A DNA stretch of 64,000 nt, from positions 18,114 to 82,113 of the forward strand of contig CACJBX010000005.1 of the NCBI GenBank assembly GCA_902591755.1, in the 5' to 3' direction. Origin of the DNA: an uncultured Pelagibacteraceae bacterium. Its GTDB lineage: Bacteria > Pseudomonadota > Alphaproteobacteria > Pelagibacterales > Pelagibacteraceae. Below, piece by piece: positions 47,960 through 59,289 of this stretch (its first letter is position 1; every line of letters begins with the position of its first letter). The position numbers and the translations under genes were made by a program. The notes beneath the pieces were generated by a model. The model saw only the letters and a program-made list of their open reading frames with translations. It did not search any database and had not been told where the DNA came from.

Positions 47960-48396
47960 TCTTTTAAGAGTTTATGCATTGCTATTATGGCTAAAATATA
48001 TCCTTCACCTCCAAGACCAAAAATTCCACCATTTACAACATCGCTTATTAGTGATTTTTGTCTAAATTCCTCTCTTTTGTAAATATTTGATATATGGACT
48101 TCTATTTTCTTTTTTTTATAAATTTCTAATGCATCCCTAATTGCTACAGATGTATGAGTGAATGCCGCAGCATTTATTATAATCCCATCAAATTTTTCAT
48201 TTGCTGATTGTATTATGGACACTATTTCACCTTCGACATTTGATTGGACAAATTTTACTTCAAGATCAAGATCTTTACATTTTTCTTCACATTTTTTTTT
48301 AAGTTCCTCATAAGTTATAGAACCATATTGTGATTGTTCTCTTTGTCCTAATAGATTAAGATTTGGACCATTTAGAAAAAGTATATTTAAACTCAT
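47956..48396 (-). CDS. aroQ: Type II 3-dehydroquinate dehydratase
   Basis: NGPNLNLLGQRE, QSNVEG, THTSVAIRDA, EVHISN, REEFR. Confidence 0.96.
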   Translation of the reverse strand: MSLNILFLNGPNLNLLGQREQSQYGSITYEELKKKCEEKCKDLDLEVKFVQSNVEGEIVSIIQSANEKFDGIIINAAAFTHTSVAIRDALEIYKKKKIEVHISNIYKREEFRQKSLISDVVNGGIFGLGGEGYILAIIAMHKLLKE

Positions 48397-48408
48397 AAGT
48401 TATACATA

Positions 48409-48627
48409 ATGAAAAAAACTAAAAAAATCAAAATTATTTTGAATGGAAAGTCAAGATCTTTGCAAAAGATAACATCTGTTTATGAATTAATGAGGTCCTT
48501 AAAATTATCAACAGATAAAGTCGCTATTGAATTGAATCAAGAAATAATAAATAAGAAAAAAATAAAAAATTTGTATTTAAAAGATAAAGACAAGATTGAA
48601 ATAGTGCATTTTATTGGAGGAGGGTAA
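48409..48627 (+). CDS. thiS: Thiamine sulfur carrier protein
   Basis: Ubiquitin-like fold, VAIELN, C-terminal FIGGG. Confidence 0.93.
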   Translation: MKKTKKIKIILNGKSRSLQKITSVYELMRSLKLSTDKVAIELNQEIINKKKIKNLYLKDKDKIEIVHFIGGG

Positions 48628-49397
48628 TGAAGGACTTTTTTAAAATTGCAAATAAAAAATTCAAATCTAGATTAATTGTTGGTACTGGAAAATACAAAAA
48701 TTTTTCTGAATGTGCAAAAGCAATTAAATATTCTGGTGCTGAAATAGTTACTGTAGCAGTAAGGAGAGTTAATATAGTTGACAAAAAAAAGCCATTACTC
48801 ATGGATTATATTAATCCAAAAAAGATAACTTATCTTCCAAATACAGCTGGATGCTTTACTTCGGAAGACGCGCTAAGAACTTTGCGATTAGCAAGGGAAA
48901 TAGGTGGTTGGAAACTGGTAAAACTTGAAGTTTTGGGAGATAAAAAAAATTTATTTCCAGACATGATTGAAACTTTAAGGTCGACAGAAATTTTATCAAA
49001 AGAGGGATTTAAGGTTATGGTTTACTGCAGCGATGATCCCTTAATGGCAAAACGTTTAGAGGACTCAGGTGCAGTAGCAATTATGCCCTTAGCTGCCCCT
49101 ATCGGTTCTGGATTAGGAATCCAAAATTATACAAATATTAAGATAATTAGAAGCCAAACTAAATTACCTGTTATAATTGATGCTGGTATTGGCCAAGCTT
49201 CTGATGCAGTCATTGCTATGGAGTTAGGTTGTGATGGAGTTTTGATCAACACAGCTATTGCTAAAGCAAAGAAACCTTTTCAAATGGCTCAAGCTATGAA
49301 ATACGCTGTTATCGCTGGAAGAAAATCTTTTGTTTCTGGAAGAATTTCAAAAAATTTACATGGTATCGCTTCGACAACAAACAAAGGTATTATTTAG
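48627..49397 (+). CDS. thiG: Thiazole synthase
   Basis: [38 protein letters not shown]. Confidence 0.97.
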   Translation: MKDFFKIANKKFKSRLIVGTGKYKNFSECAKAIKYSGAEIVTVAVRRVNIVDKKKPLLMDYINPKKITYLPNTAGCFTSEDALRTLRLAREIGGWKLVKLEVLGDKKNLFPDMIETLRSTEILSKEGFKVMVYCSDDPLMAKRLEDSGAVAIMPLAAPIGSGLGIQNYTNIKIIRSQTKLPVIIDAGIGQASDAVIAMELGCDGVLINTAIAKAKKPFQMAQAMKYAVIAGRKSFVSGRISKNLHGIASTTNKGII

Positions 49398-51159
49398 ATC
49401 TTTTAATTTTATTTTTTCGATAAAATTTTTTCTTTTTAAAGTTTTTTGGTTTATATTTAGACTTACTTTTAAGATTTTTTTCTATTTTCTTTTCGATTAT
49501 AATTTTTTTAAGCTCTACAGAGTTTTCTAGTTCTTCAAGAACTTTTTTACTTTTATTTAAAAATTCAATCTTATACTCAGGGACTAAAAGGGATAAATCA
49601 CCATCAATAGAGACTTTAATTTTATTTTTCTTTTCAATATAAAGTATATCTTCTTTAAAGTTTTCAATTAGAAAATTTTTAATTTTTTCAGGTATAGTAA
49701 TTTTAACTAATTTTGCTTTATTTTTAACAGCATTAATCTCAACAATCTTAATAACTTTTTGAGCAAAAGACTCATTTGTTAGCGAAATATTCCATTGAAC
49801 ACTACTCTCTCTTAATCTTTGGCGAGACATTTCAAGTAAACCAAAACTACTAATTCTTCCAATCTGAATTCTTGCCCTATCTTTTCTGCATCTCTCTTTA
49901 AGTCGTCTTTCGACTAGTCTCCTATTACCAAAGCTCATCATATCTATGAAATCAATAATAATGAGCCCAGAAAGATCCCTTATCTTTATCTGTCTTGAAA
50001 TTTCTTCTGCGGCCTCTAGGTTAGTATCTAAAGCCGTGCTTTCAATGTTTTTTTGTTTAATTGATCTTCCAGAATTAATATCTATTGATACTAAAGCTTC
50101 CGTAGGGTTAATAACCAAATATCCTCCGGAGGATAATTTTACTTGCGTATTATAAATATCATTAAGTTTATTTTCAATATTTTCTTTTATGAAAAGTGGA
50201 ATCTTGTCTCTGTATTTCTTAATTTTTTTAACGTGACTAGGCATTAAAATTTTCATAAAGTTTTTTGCTTTTTGATAACCTTGATTACCATCTACAATTA
50301 TGTTCTGAGTTTCATCATCGTATATATCTCTAAGAGTTCTTTTTATAATATCGCTTTCTTGATGAATTAATTTTGGTGCAATCGCGTTCATTGCATTTTC
50401 TTTAATAGTTTCCCATGACTTTATCAAACTTTGAAGATCATAGTTAATTTCATTTTTACTTTTGTTTGAGCCAGCTGTTCTTACAATTAATCCCATTTCT
50501 TTAGGAATGATAATTTCATTAAGAATAGATCTTATTTTTTTCCTTTCACCTGAATTAAAAATTTTTCTTGAAATGCCGCCACCTTTTGGTGTGTTTGGCA
50601 TTAAAACTATATATTTTCCTGCGATAGATATAAAAGTAGTAAGCGCTGCTCCTTTTAATCCTCTCTCATCTTTTAATACTTGAACTAATATAACTTGATT
50701 TGGTTTTATTACCTCTTGAATTTTATATCTTTTGGAAGGAGCTTTACTTTGCTTAAAACTTCCACTATTTTGGTTTTCTACTTCTGGCTTTTTCTCAACT
50801 ATCTCATTATCGTTTTTGTCATTGTCAACTTCTGACTCTTCTTTTTCACTTTGCTTAGCTAGCTCTTCTCTAACTTGTTTTTCCTCCTCTTTTATCTTTT
50901 CTAAATCACTTAAAGGTATTTGGTAATAATCTGATTGAATATCATTAAAAGATAAAAAACCATGTCTCTCTCTACCAAAATCAATAAAGGCGGCTTGTAG
51001 AGATGGTTCAATTCTACTGACTTTTCCCAAATAAATATTGTTTTTTATGAGAGTATTTTTTATACCTTCATATTCATAGTCTTCAATATTTCCGTTTTCT
51101 TTAAGAACAACGCGTGTTTCATCTGGATGCGAGGCATCAATGTATAAATTCTTTTCCAT
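49390..51159 (-). CDS. rne: Ribonuclease E/G family endoribonuclease (short form)
   Basis: NIYLGKV[10 protein letters not shown], [40 protein letters not shown] 51159 preferred. Confidence 0.94.
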   Translation of the reverse strand: MEKNLYIDASHPDETRVVLKENGNIEDYEYEGIKNTLIKNNIYLGKVSRIEPSLQAAFIDFGRERHGFLSFNDIQSDYYQIPLSDLEKIKEEEKQVREELAKQSEKEESEVDNDKNDNEIVEKKPEVENQNSGSFKQSKAPSKRYKIQEVIKPNQVILVQVLKDERGLKGAALTTFISIAGKYIVLMPNTPKGGGISRKIFNSGERKKIRSILNEIIIPKEMGLIVRTAGSNKSKNEINYDLQSLIKSWETIKENAMNAIAPKLIHQESDIIKRTLRDIYDDETQNIIVDGNQGYQKAKNFMKILMPSHVKKIKKYRDKIPLFIKENIENKLNDIYNTQVKLSSGGYLVINPTEALVSIDINSGRSIKQKNIESTALDTNLEAAEEISRQIKIRDLSGLIIIDFIDMMSFGNRRLVERRLKERCRKDRARIQIGRISSFGLLEMSRQRLRESSVQWNISLTNESFAQKVIKIVEINAVKNKAKLVKITIPEKIKNFLIENFKEDILYIEKKNKIKVSIDGDLSLLVPEYKIEFLNKSKKVLEELENSVELKKIIIEKKIEKNLKSKSKYKPKNFKKKKFYRKNKIKRSK

Positions 51160-51240
51160 AAGATTAATATTAAATTTTTCATTTTTTTTTAAATTCCGAT
51201 GCCTTATCTTTAACAAATTCATGAATTAAATGGAACTAAA

Positions 51241-53583
51241 ATGAGTAAGTATTTAAAAAAAACATTACTAATTTTAGCATCATCAATTTTACTATTGTTG
51301 ATTGTAACGGTTTTAATATTGTGGGGTTTTTCTAATGATTTACCTGATTATAAGTTTTTAAAAAATTATAAGGCACCTGTTTCTAGTAAAGTTTATTCAG
51401 GTGATGGTGACTTAATTCAAGATTTTTCATCCGAGAAAAGAATTTTTATACCCTATAATTCAATTCCACCTAAAGTCATAAATGCATTTCTCTCAGCTGA
51501 AGATAAGAATTTTTTTGACCATCCCGGTGTAGATGCAAAGGGAGTTTTAAGAGCAGTAATTAAGAACTTTTCGAATATAATTAATTCAAGAAGATTAGAA
51601 GGCGCCTCTACGATTACACAACAAGTTGCAAAGAATTTTTTATTATCTAATGAGGTCAGTTTAAATAGAAAACTTAAAGAAGCTATACTGGCATTTAGGA
51701 TAGAAAGAAGTCTTAGTAAGGAGAGGATTCTAGAACTTTATTTAAATCAAATTTATTTAGGTCAGGGCACATATGGTATTGCATCCGCAAGCCTGGAATA
51801 TTTTGATAAATCCGTTGACGAACTCGAATATGTAGAAGCTGCATTATTAGCCGCTTTACCAAAAGCACCAAGTAGATACAATCCATATAAAAATAAAAAA
51901 CTTGCCAAATTTAGAAGAGACTTAGTTTTAAAAAATTTGTCTGATAATAATTATATAGATAAAAAAAAGTATGAAGAATTAAAAAGTTCAAAGATTAAAT
52001 TAAAGAAAAGAGAGAAAGTTTTTTTAGAGGACTCTAGATATTATGTAGAAGAAATACGAAAAAATACAATCAAACAACTGGGATATGACAAAGTTTATAA
52101 AGAAGGTTTAAATATTAAAACACCTCTTAATTTAGAACTTCAAAAATTAGCAACTACTTCTTTGAGAGAAGGGATTGAAAAATACGATAGAAGAAATGGT
52201 TGGAGGGGACCAATTCAAAATATTGATCTTAGTATTAAAGAATGGTCTGACAAAATTAAATTAAAAAAACTTGAAAAAACTCTAGACTGGAAAATTGCAA
52301 GAGTTACAAAAATTGGTATTTCAAACTTTGAAATCATTACTTCAAATGGAGATATAGGTTTTATTACAAATGAAAATATTAAATGGACAAGAAAAACAAA
52401 TACCTCTTTTAAAGAGGGTGATATTATTTATGTAAAAAAAAAAGAGGGATCTAATGAGTACATTTTAAAACAACTTCCTGCTGCAAATGGAGCAATCGTA
52501 GTAATGGACCCATACAACGGAAGAGTTCTAGCTCTAAGTGGCGGTTTTAGTTTTAATCAAAGTGAATTTAATAGAGCAACCCAAGCACAAAGACAGCCAG
52601 GATCCGCATTCAAACCTTTTGTTTACGCAGCTGCCTTAGAAAATGGTTATTCTCCATCAACATTAGTTTTAGATGCACCATTAGTCTTAGAACAAGGAAC
52701 AGATTTAAAAATGTGGAAACCTGAAAATTATGGTAAAAAGTTTTATGGACCATCCACTTTGAGAATGGGTCTTGAGAAATCAAGAAATCTTATGACTGTG
52801 AGAATTTCACAAGACTTAGGTCTAAAGAAGATCACTAAAATTTCAAAAGAGCTAGGTATTTATGAAAATCCAGATGAACTACTTTCAATTTCTTTGGGAT
52901 CTGCCGAGACTACTTTACTAAAATTAACAAGTGCATACTGTTCATTTGTAAACGGAGGAAAATTAATTGAACCAAAACTAATTGATAGAATTCAAGACAG
53001 TGAGGGAAATACAATATTTAAAACTGAAGTAAGAAAATGTAGAAACTGCGAGGATGTATCAATACAAAGTAATGACGTTCCTGAAATTAAAGATGACTCC
53101 AAACAAATTTTCTCTCCCCAGACCGCATATCAAATTACATCAATTTTAGAGGGAGCAACTAAAACTGGTACAGCGAAAAAATTAAGGGATTTAAAAATGG
53201 ATCTTGCTGGAAAAACTGGAACAACAAATAAAAATACAGATACTTGGTTTATAGGTTTTACATCAGATTTAGTAATAGGTGTTTATGTTGGTTATGATGA
53301 ACCAAAATCACTTGGAAAATTTGAAACTGGAGCTAAAACAGCAATGCCAATATTTAAAAGTTTTATAAAATCAGCGTTAAAAAAAGAAAATACGAGACCA
53401 TTTAAAGTACCTGAAAACATTACTATGATGGTTGTCGATTCTAAAACTGGAAAAAAAGTGAGCTTTGCTTCTAAGAAAACATTAATAGAGTCTTTTAAGA
53501 GCAATAAAGTTCTTGAAAAAACTAATATTTCGAAAAAAATTAATAATAGATTTAACAATAATAATATATTAAGGTTTTATTAA
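51241..53583 (+). CDS. mrcA: Penicillin-binding protein 1A
   Basis: Transglycosylase EDKNFFDH, GASTITQQ, RKLKE; transpeptidase SAFK, SRN, KTG. Confidence 0.95.
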   Translation: MSKYLKKTLLILASSILLLLIVTVLILWGFSNDLPDYKFLKNYKAPVSSKVYSGDGDLIQDFSSEKRIFIPYNSIPPKVINAFLSAEDKNFFDHPGVDAKGVLRAVIKNFSNIINSRRLEGASTITQQVAKNFLLSNEVSLNRKLKEAILAFRIERSLSKERILELYLNQIYLGQGTYGIASASLEYFDKSVDELEYVEAALLAALPKAPSRYNPYKNKKLAKFRRDLVLKNLSDNNYIDKKKYEELKSSKIKLKKREKVFLEDSRYYVEEIRKNTIKQLGYDKVYKEGLNIKTPLNLELQKLATTSLREGIEKYDRRNGWRGPIQNIDLSIKEWSDKIKLKKLEKTLDWKIARVTKIGISNFEIITSNGDIGFITNENIKWTRKTNTSFKEGDIIYVKKKEGSNEYILKQLPAANGAIVVMDPYNGRVLALSGGFSFNQSEFNRATQAQRQPGSAFKPFVYAAALENGYSPSTLVLDAPLVLEQGTDLKMWKPENYGKKFYGPSTLRMGLEKSRNLMTVRISQDLGLKKITKISKELGIYENPDELLSISLGSAETTLLKLTSAYCSFVNGGKLIEPKLIDRIQDSEGNTIFKTEVRKCRNCEDVSIQSNDVPEIKDDSKQIFSPQTAYQITSILEGATKTGTAKKLRDLKMDLAGKTGTTNKNTDTWFIGFTSDLVIGVYVGYDEPKSLGKFETGAKTAMPIFKSFIKSALKKENTRPFKVPENITMMVVDSKTGKKVSFASKKTLIESFKSNKVLEKTNISKKINNRFNNNNILRFY

Positions 53584-54681
53584 TGAGTGAAGAATTCTTT
53601 CAAAATGTGAATGAAGTCAACAAAGTTAATCAAAGAATAAAGGAGTATCTTTGAAAAGCACGACTTTGAAAAAAAAATAGAAAATTATAACAATTTAATT
53701 TTATCAGAAAACTTCTGGAAGGATAAATCTGAAGCTCAAAAAGTTCTTAAAGAAAAAAAATTCCATGAAACTTTAATAAATTCTTTTACAGAAACTAACA
53801 AATATTTAAAAGAGTTGGAGGAATTTTATAATCTAGCTTTAGAGGAAAATAATAAGAACTTAATTCAAGAAACATTAGAAAATATTAAAAACCTTAAAAA
53901 TACAGTTAGGAAAAATGAGATTAAATGTTTTCTTTCAAAAGAAACTGATAGCAATGATTGTTTTTTAGAAATTCATGCTGGTGCCGGAGGAACAGAAAGT
54001 CAAGACTGGGCAGAGATGCTTAGAAGAATGTATATGAAATGGGCTCAGTCAAAAGAATTTAAAAACCATATTATTAGTGAACATAAAGGTGATGAAGCAG
54101 GTCTTAAATCATCAACTATAAAAATATCTGGTGATTATGTTTTTGGATGGCTCAAAACAGAGTCTGGGATACACAGATTGGTAAGAATTTCCCCTTTTGA
54201 CTCCGGTGCCAGACGACACACAAGTTTTGCAAGTGTTTGGGTTTATCCTGTAGTAGATGAAAATATTGATGTTGAAATTTTAGAAAAAGACCTAAGAATT
54301 GACACATACAGATCTAGTGGCGCTGGTGGGCAGCACGTAAACACTACTGACAGCGCCGTAAGGATTACTCATCTTCCTACTAAAATTGTCGTACAGTGCC
54401 AAAATGAAAGATCTCAGCATAAAAATAAAGAAACTTGTATGCAAATGCTTAAAGCAAGATTATATAATTTTGAATTGGAAAAGAGAGAAAAAGAAAACGA
54501 AAACAAACAGGACTCTAAAAAAGATATAGGGTGGGGTCATCAAATAAGATCATATGTTTTGCACCCATATAGACTAGTTAAAGACAATAGGACCAGTCAT
54601 GAGTCAAGTGATCCACAAAAGATATTAGATGGAGACATAGATAGTTTTTTAGAAAACTCTCTATTTAAAATAGATGCTTAA
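53583..54681 (+). CDS. prfB: Peptide chain release factor 2, expressed through a +1 programmed frameshift (about 365 aa)
   Basis: ATG 53583, 23 codons, then CTT TGA (53649-54); the +1 frame from 53653 is open into the track ORF at 53815, which has SPF and GGQ motifs. Confidence 0.96.
53640..53655 (+). other. prfB +1 frameshift cassette
   Basis: AAGGAG TAT CTT TGA A: internal SD 3 nt before the shifty CTT-T and in-frame UGA. Confidence 0.93.
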
Positions 54682-56878
54682 AAAACTTTCTCAAATATTA
54701 CTAATTGTAATTTTCTTAATAATTACGTTTTGTGTTTATTTAAGTGTTTACGGAATAAATACTGATAAGCTTAATGGAATTATTAATGAGAAAATTTCAC
54801 AGAGAGATAGTGATTTCGATATTAAACTAGATAAGATTAAGATTTTTCTAGATATAGGAAGCTTTAAATTAGAGGCCAAAACAAAAAATCCAATTATACT
54901 CTATAAAAAAAACAAAATAGAGTTACAAAGTGTAAGCACTGCTTTACCTTTGTTATCTATTTTTACTCAAGAAGCAAAAATAGAAAATCTAAAATTTATT
55001 ACCAAAAAAAATAAGGTAAAAGATTTAATTGAGTTTGGCAGAGGCTTTCAAAATACTCCTCAATTATTCATTTTGAAAAAGATGGTGAAATCTGGAGATA
55101 TTTCTATAGAAGCTAAGATAAATTTTTCTGAGGACGGCAGCATCTTAAAAGATTATGTAATAGACGGCGATCTTGAAAATGTTAATTTAAGGTTACTAAA
55201 TAAAGATATTATTGAGAATATTAAATTTGGTTTCATCTTAAAAAATAATGATTATGTTATTTACAATGCCTCATCCTTTTATCAGGATATAAAATTTAAA
55301 TCAGACGAAATTCGAATAAAAGAAAAAGACAACACCTTTTTATTTAACGGTAATATTTCCACATCAAAAGATGATCTTAGTCTTAAAACGATATCAAAAA
55401 TATTCCAACTAGATTTTGAGAGTATTAAGAATGATAAAATTGTATTTTCTTCAAACAATAAGTTTTCTTTTGAATTAAGTAAAAAGTTTAAATTTTCAAA
55501 TATGAAAGCAAATTCAAAATTTAATATAGAAAGCTTGGAATACCCGAACTCTGGCTTAAAAGAATTTTTTCCAGGTTACAAAGATGGAGTAAAATTTGAA
55601 AATAATGTTGTAAATTTAGATTATCAAAATGGAAATTATAAAATATCAGGAGATAGTAAATTAAATATTAATGAAGACATAGATAGCCTTAGTTATTCAA
55701 TTGAGAAGAAAAAAGATAAAATTTTTTTTAATACAGATTTTGAGGTTAAAAGTAATGCATTAAACCTTGAACTTTTGAACTATACAAAAAAAAAAGATGT
55801 TAAAAGCAATCTTATTGTAGAAGGAGTTGTAAATAAGAATAATTCAGTCTTTTTAAATAAAGTAAACTTTGCTGAATCTAAAAATTTAATTAAAATTAAA
55901 GATATCAATTTAAATTCAAAAAAAAAATTAAAAAGGATTGATCAAATTGACATTGATCTCGTAAACAACAATGATCAAATTAGTCAATTGAATATTAAAA
56001 GAAAAAAAAGTAATTATTCAATTAATAGCAAAATATTTGATGGAACAAAAATCCTTGATAGAATATTATTTTCAAAGAGTGACAGGAACTTTTTTGATGT
56101 CTTTGAAAAATTAAACTCTAAAATTTCAATAAACTTTGAAACAATTTATATTACAAATGAAGATTATTTAACTAATTTCAAAGCAGATATGATCGTTAAT
56201 AATAATCAAATTAAAGATTTAATTCTATCCTCACAATTTGCAACTAAAGAAGATTTAAAACTTTCAATAAAAACAAATTCAAACAATGAAAAGATAACGG
56301 ACTTATTTGCTGGTAATGCAAAACCTTTGGTAAAAAAATATGATTTTATAAAAGGTTTCGAGGGTGGTTATTTAAAGTTTGACTCTATTGAAAAAAATAA
56401 AGTCTCAAATTCAAATTTAAAAATTTTTGATTTTAAATTAAAAGAAGTGCCAGCATTAACAAAATTACTTACTCTTGCCTCTTTGCAAGGTATCGCAGAT
56501 CTACTGACCGGGGAAGGTATAAGATTTAATGAATTTGAAATGATTTTTAATAATAAAGACGGGCTTATGACAATCGAGGAAATTTATTCTTTAGGACCTT
56601 CGATATCTATACTGATGGATGGGTACATTCAAAAAGATGATTTAGTCAGTTTAAGAGGAACTTTAGTTCCTGCAACTACCGTGAATAAAGTTATAGGTTC
56701 AATTCCATTAATTGGAGATATACTTGTTGGCAAAAAAGCTGGGGAGGGCGTTTTTGGGGTCAGTTTCAAGATTAAAGGCTATCCAGATGATTTGAAAACA
56801 ACAGTAAATCCTATTAAAACTTTAACCCCAAGATTTATTACGAGAACGTTAGAGAAAATAAAAAAATCTAGCCAATAA
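54674..56878 (+). CDS. AsmA-like (YhdP/DUF3971-type) envelope protein
   Basis: N-terminal TM anchor, long beta-rich body, C-terminal LRGTLVP...IPLIG...EGVFG...VNP...LTP. Confidence 0.8.
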   Translation: MLKKLSQILLIVIFLIITFCVYLSVYGINTDKLNGIINEKISQRDSDFDIKLDKIKIFLDIGSFKLEAKTKNPIILYKKNKIELQSVSTALPLLSIFTQEAKIENLKFITKKNKVKDLIEFGRGFQNTPQLFILKKMVKSGDISIEAKINFSEDGSILKDYVIDGDLENVNLRLLNKDIIENIKFGFILKNNDYVIYNASSFYQDIKFKSDEIRIKEKDNTFLFNGNISTSKDDLSLKTISKIFQLDFESIKNDKIVFSSNNKFSFELSKKFKFSNMKANSKFNIESLEYPNSGLKEFFPGYKDGVKFENNVVNLDYQNGNYKISGDSKLNINEDIDSLSYSIEKKKDKIFFNTDFEVKSNALNLELLNYTKKKDVKSNLIVEGVVNKNNSVFLNKVNFAESKNLIKIKDINLNSKKKLKRIDQIDIDLVNNNDQISQLNIKRKKSNYSINSKIFDGTKILDRILFSKSDRNFFDVFEKLNSKISINFETIYITNEDYLTNFKADMIVNNNQIKDLILSSQFATKEDLKLSIKTNSNNEKITDLFAGNAKPLVKKYDFIKGFEGGYLKFDSIEKNKVSNSNLKIFDFKLKEVPALTKLLTLASLQGIADLLTGEGIRFNEFEMIFNNKDGLMTIEEIYSLGPSISILMDGYIQKDDLVSLRGTLVPATTVNKVIGSIPLIGDILVGKKAGEGVFGVSFKIKGYPDDLKTTVNPIKTLTPRFITRTLEKIKKSSQ

Positions 56879-58100
56879 TTTTTATTAAAACGTGATTTTT
56901 CTTACCATGAGAAAGTTTTAAAACGCCATCTTCAAAGTCAGATACATTAATTGATAAATTTTCATCAGCAACTGTAGAGTTATTTATTTTTAAACCAGAA
57001 TTTTTTATTGTTCTTCTAATCTCACTTTTTGAACTAAACAAATTAGTTTTGATAGAGAGATCAATTATATTTAAACCATTATTAATTTGATCTTTTTTAA
57101 TTTTTATTACTGGTAACTCATCTCCTGAGCCACCCGCGAATGTTTTTTTTGCTGTCTCTGAGGCTTTAACTGCAGCTGCTTCACCATGCAAAAGAGTAGT
57201 AGCCTCATTTGCTAAGAGAGTTTTTAAATCATTTATGTTTTTATCTTTTATACTTTCAATTTCAGAAACATCCATATTTGTAAACATCTTCAAAAATTTA
57301 ACAACATCTCTATCGTCTGTATTTCTCCAAAATTGCCAGTAGTCATAAGATGACAAAAGTTTTTTATCTAACCAAACAGCTCCTTTTTCAGTTTTCCCCA
57401 TTTTTGCACCAGATGCTAAAGTAATTAATGGCGTTGTTAAACCGTAAACTTGCTTACTTGAATATCTTTTTACCAATTCAACACCATTCACAATATTACC
57501 CCATTGATCAGAACCACCAATTTGCATTAAACAATTTTTTGTTTTGTTAAGTTCTAAAAAATCATATGCCTGTAGTATCATATAATTAAATTCCATATAG
57601 CTTAAAGATTGTTCTCTCTCCAATCTAAGTTTAACACTATCAAAACTTAGCATTTTATTTATTGTGAAATGTTTTCCAATTTCTCTTAAAAATTTTATAT
57701 AATTTAATTTTCCTAGCCACTTATAATTATTTACATAAATAGGACGTGTTTTAGGATTTTTGTTATCTAAAAATATTGAAAAAACTTTTTTGATATTTTT
57801 TATGTTCTTTTCAATTTCTTTTTCTGTAAGAATTTTTCTTGTTTCTTCTTTTCCTGAAGGATCTCCTATTCTTGTAGTGCCTCCCCCAAGTAATATAATT
57901 GGCTGGTGTCCGTGCTTTTGCAACAATCTTAAGCACATAATTTGAAGCAAGCTTCCAACGTGCAAACTTTGAGCAGTACAATCGAAACCAATGTAAGCCC
58001 TTATTTTTCTCTTATCCATTAACCCGTTAAGGGAATCTAAATTAGTACATTGATTAAAATACTCTCTTTCATTAAACTCTTTAAGGAATGAATTTTTCAT
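56868..58100 (-). CDS. tyrS: Tyrosine-tRNA ligase
   Basis: YIGFDCTA-x-SLHVGS, GGSDQWGN, KMGKT, C-terminal S4-like domain. Confidence 0.97.
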   Translation of the reverse strand: MKNSFLKEFNEREYFNQCTNLDSLNGLMDKRKIRAYIGFDCTAQSLHVGSLLQIMCLRLLQKHGHQPIILLGGGTTRIGDPSGKEETRKILTEKEIEKNIKNIKKVFSIFLDNKNPKTRPIYVNNYKWLGKLNYIKFLREIGKHFTINKMLSFDSVKLRLEREQSLSYMEFNYMILQAYDFLELNKTKNCLMQIGGSDQWGNIVNGVELVKRYSSKQVYGLTTPLITLASGAKMGKTEKGAVWLDKKLLSSYDYWQFWRNTDDRDVVKFLKMFTNMDVSEIESIKDKNINDLKTLLANEATTLLHGEAAAVKASETAKKTFAGGSGDELPVIKIKKDQINNGLNIIDLSIKTNLFSSKSEIRRTIKNSGLKINNSTVADENLSINVSDFEDGVLKLSHGKKNHVLIKIIG

Positions 58101-58161
58101 TTTTTTATAAAATAAGTCAGTTTCAATATACCTATATTAACTTAATTAAAAAATAAATATT

Positions 58162-59289
58162 ATGTCTAAAAATTACTTTAGCCTTGGGTTAATGAGCGGT
58201 ACATCTGGAGATGGTGTTGATGCATCTTTAATAAATTCTGATGGAGATACAAATTATAAAGAAGAAATTAACAAATATTTCAAATATGAAAACAACTTTA
58301 GTCAAAAGATACACTCACTCAAAGATAAGATTAATACAGTCGCAGATCTTGAGACATATTCCACTGAGCTTAAAGCTTTGGAAAAAGAATTAACTATTTT
58401 TCACTCAAAAGTAGTAATGGACATAGTTAAAAATACAAAGATAAAAATTGATTTTGTAGGTTTTCATGGCCAAACAATATTTCACGATCCATCAAAAAAA
58501 ATCTCAAAACAAATAGGAGATGGTAAACTTTTGTCTCAACTTACTCAGACCACTGTTGTTTATAATTTTAGACAAAATGATATTCAGAATGGTGGTGAAG
58601 GAGCTCCTTTAGCTCCTATTTTTCACAAAGCATTAGTAAAAAAGATTAAAAGTGAGTTACCAGTTTGTATACTAAATATTGGTGGAATTTCTAATATAAC
58701 AATAATAGGTGATTACGAACAAAATCATTTTACAAGTAGAGATTTAGGACCGGGAAATTGCTTAATTGATGCATGGGTTAGAAAAAACAAAAAGGGAAAT
58801 TTTGACAAAGATGGCGCTTATGCAGCAATGGGCAAAACAAATGATTTGATGTTAAACCAAGCACTAGATAATTTTGATAATAGACCTGATAAGAATAGAC
58901 TTTCTTTCGATACCAAAGATTTTGACATAAATTTTTTAAGAGGTGTAAGTTTTGAAGATGGCGCAGCAACTTTAACGGACTTATCAGGGAGAATAATTGG
59001 AGCTGGTTTATTTTCTTTATTGAGCGATGTAAGAAATAAATTATTCAAAGTTTTGGTGTCTGGAGGTGGAAGAAAAAATAAAACTTTAATTCAAAGGATA
59101 AAATCTAGAACATTGAAAAATTTAGTAATCCAACCTATTGATGACTATGGAATAGATGGGGATTATGTGGAGTCCCAAGCATTTGCATTTTTAGCAATAA
59201 GAAGATTCCTCAAATTACCAATATCATTTCCTGATACCACAGGGTGTAAAAGTCCTGTTACAGGTGGAGAAATTGTTAAAAATTTTTAG
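58162..59289 (+). CDS. anmK: Anhydro-N-acetylmuramic acid kinase
   Basis: GLMSGTSGDGVD, GFHGQT, GGEGAPL, NIGGISN, GPGN, GGGRKN. Confidence 0.95.
   Translation: MSKNYFSLGLMSGTSGDGVDASLINSDGDTNYKEEINKYFKYENNFSQKIHSLKDKINTVADLETYSTELKALEKELTIFHSKVVMDIVKNTKIKIDFVGFHGQTIFHDPSKKISKQIGDGKLLSQLTQTTVVYNFRQNDIQNGGEGAPLAPIFHKALVKKIKSELPVCILNIGGISNITIIGDYEQNHFTSRDLGPGNCLIDAWVRKNKKGNFDKDGAYAAMGKTNDLMLNQALDNFDNRPDKNRLSFDTKDFDINFLRGVSFEDGAATLTDLSGRIIGAGLFSLLSDVRNKLFKVLVSGGGRKNKTLIQRIKSRTLKNLVIQPIDDYGIDGDYVESQAFAFLAIRRFLKLPISFPDTTGCKSPVTGGEIVKNF

Noticed and set aside
53583-53814. Apparent 230-nt intergenic gap or prfB pseudogene
   Set aside because: Fully explained by the programmed +1 frameshift of prfB.
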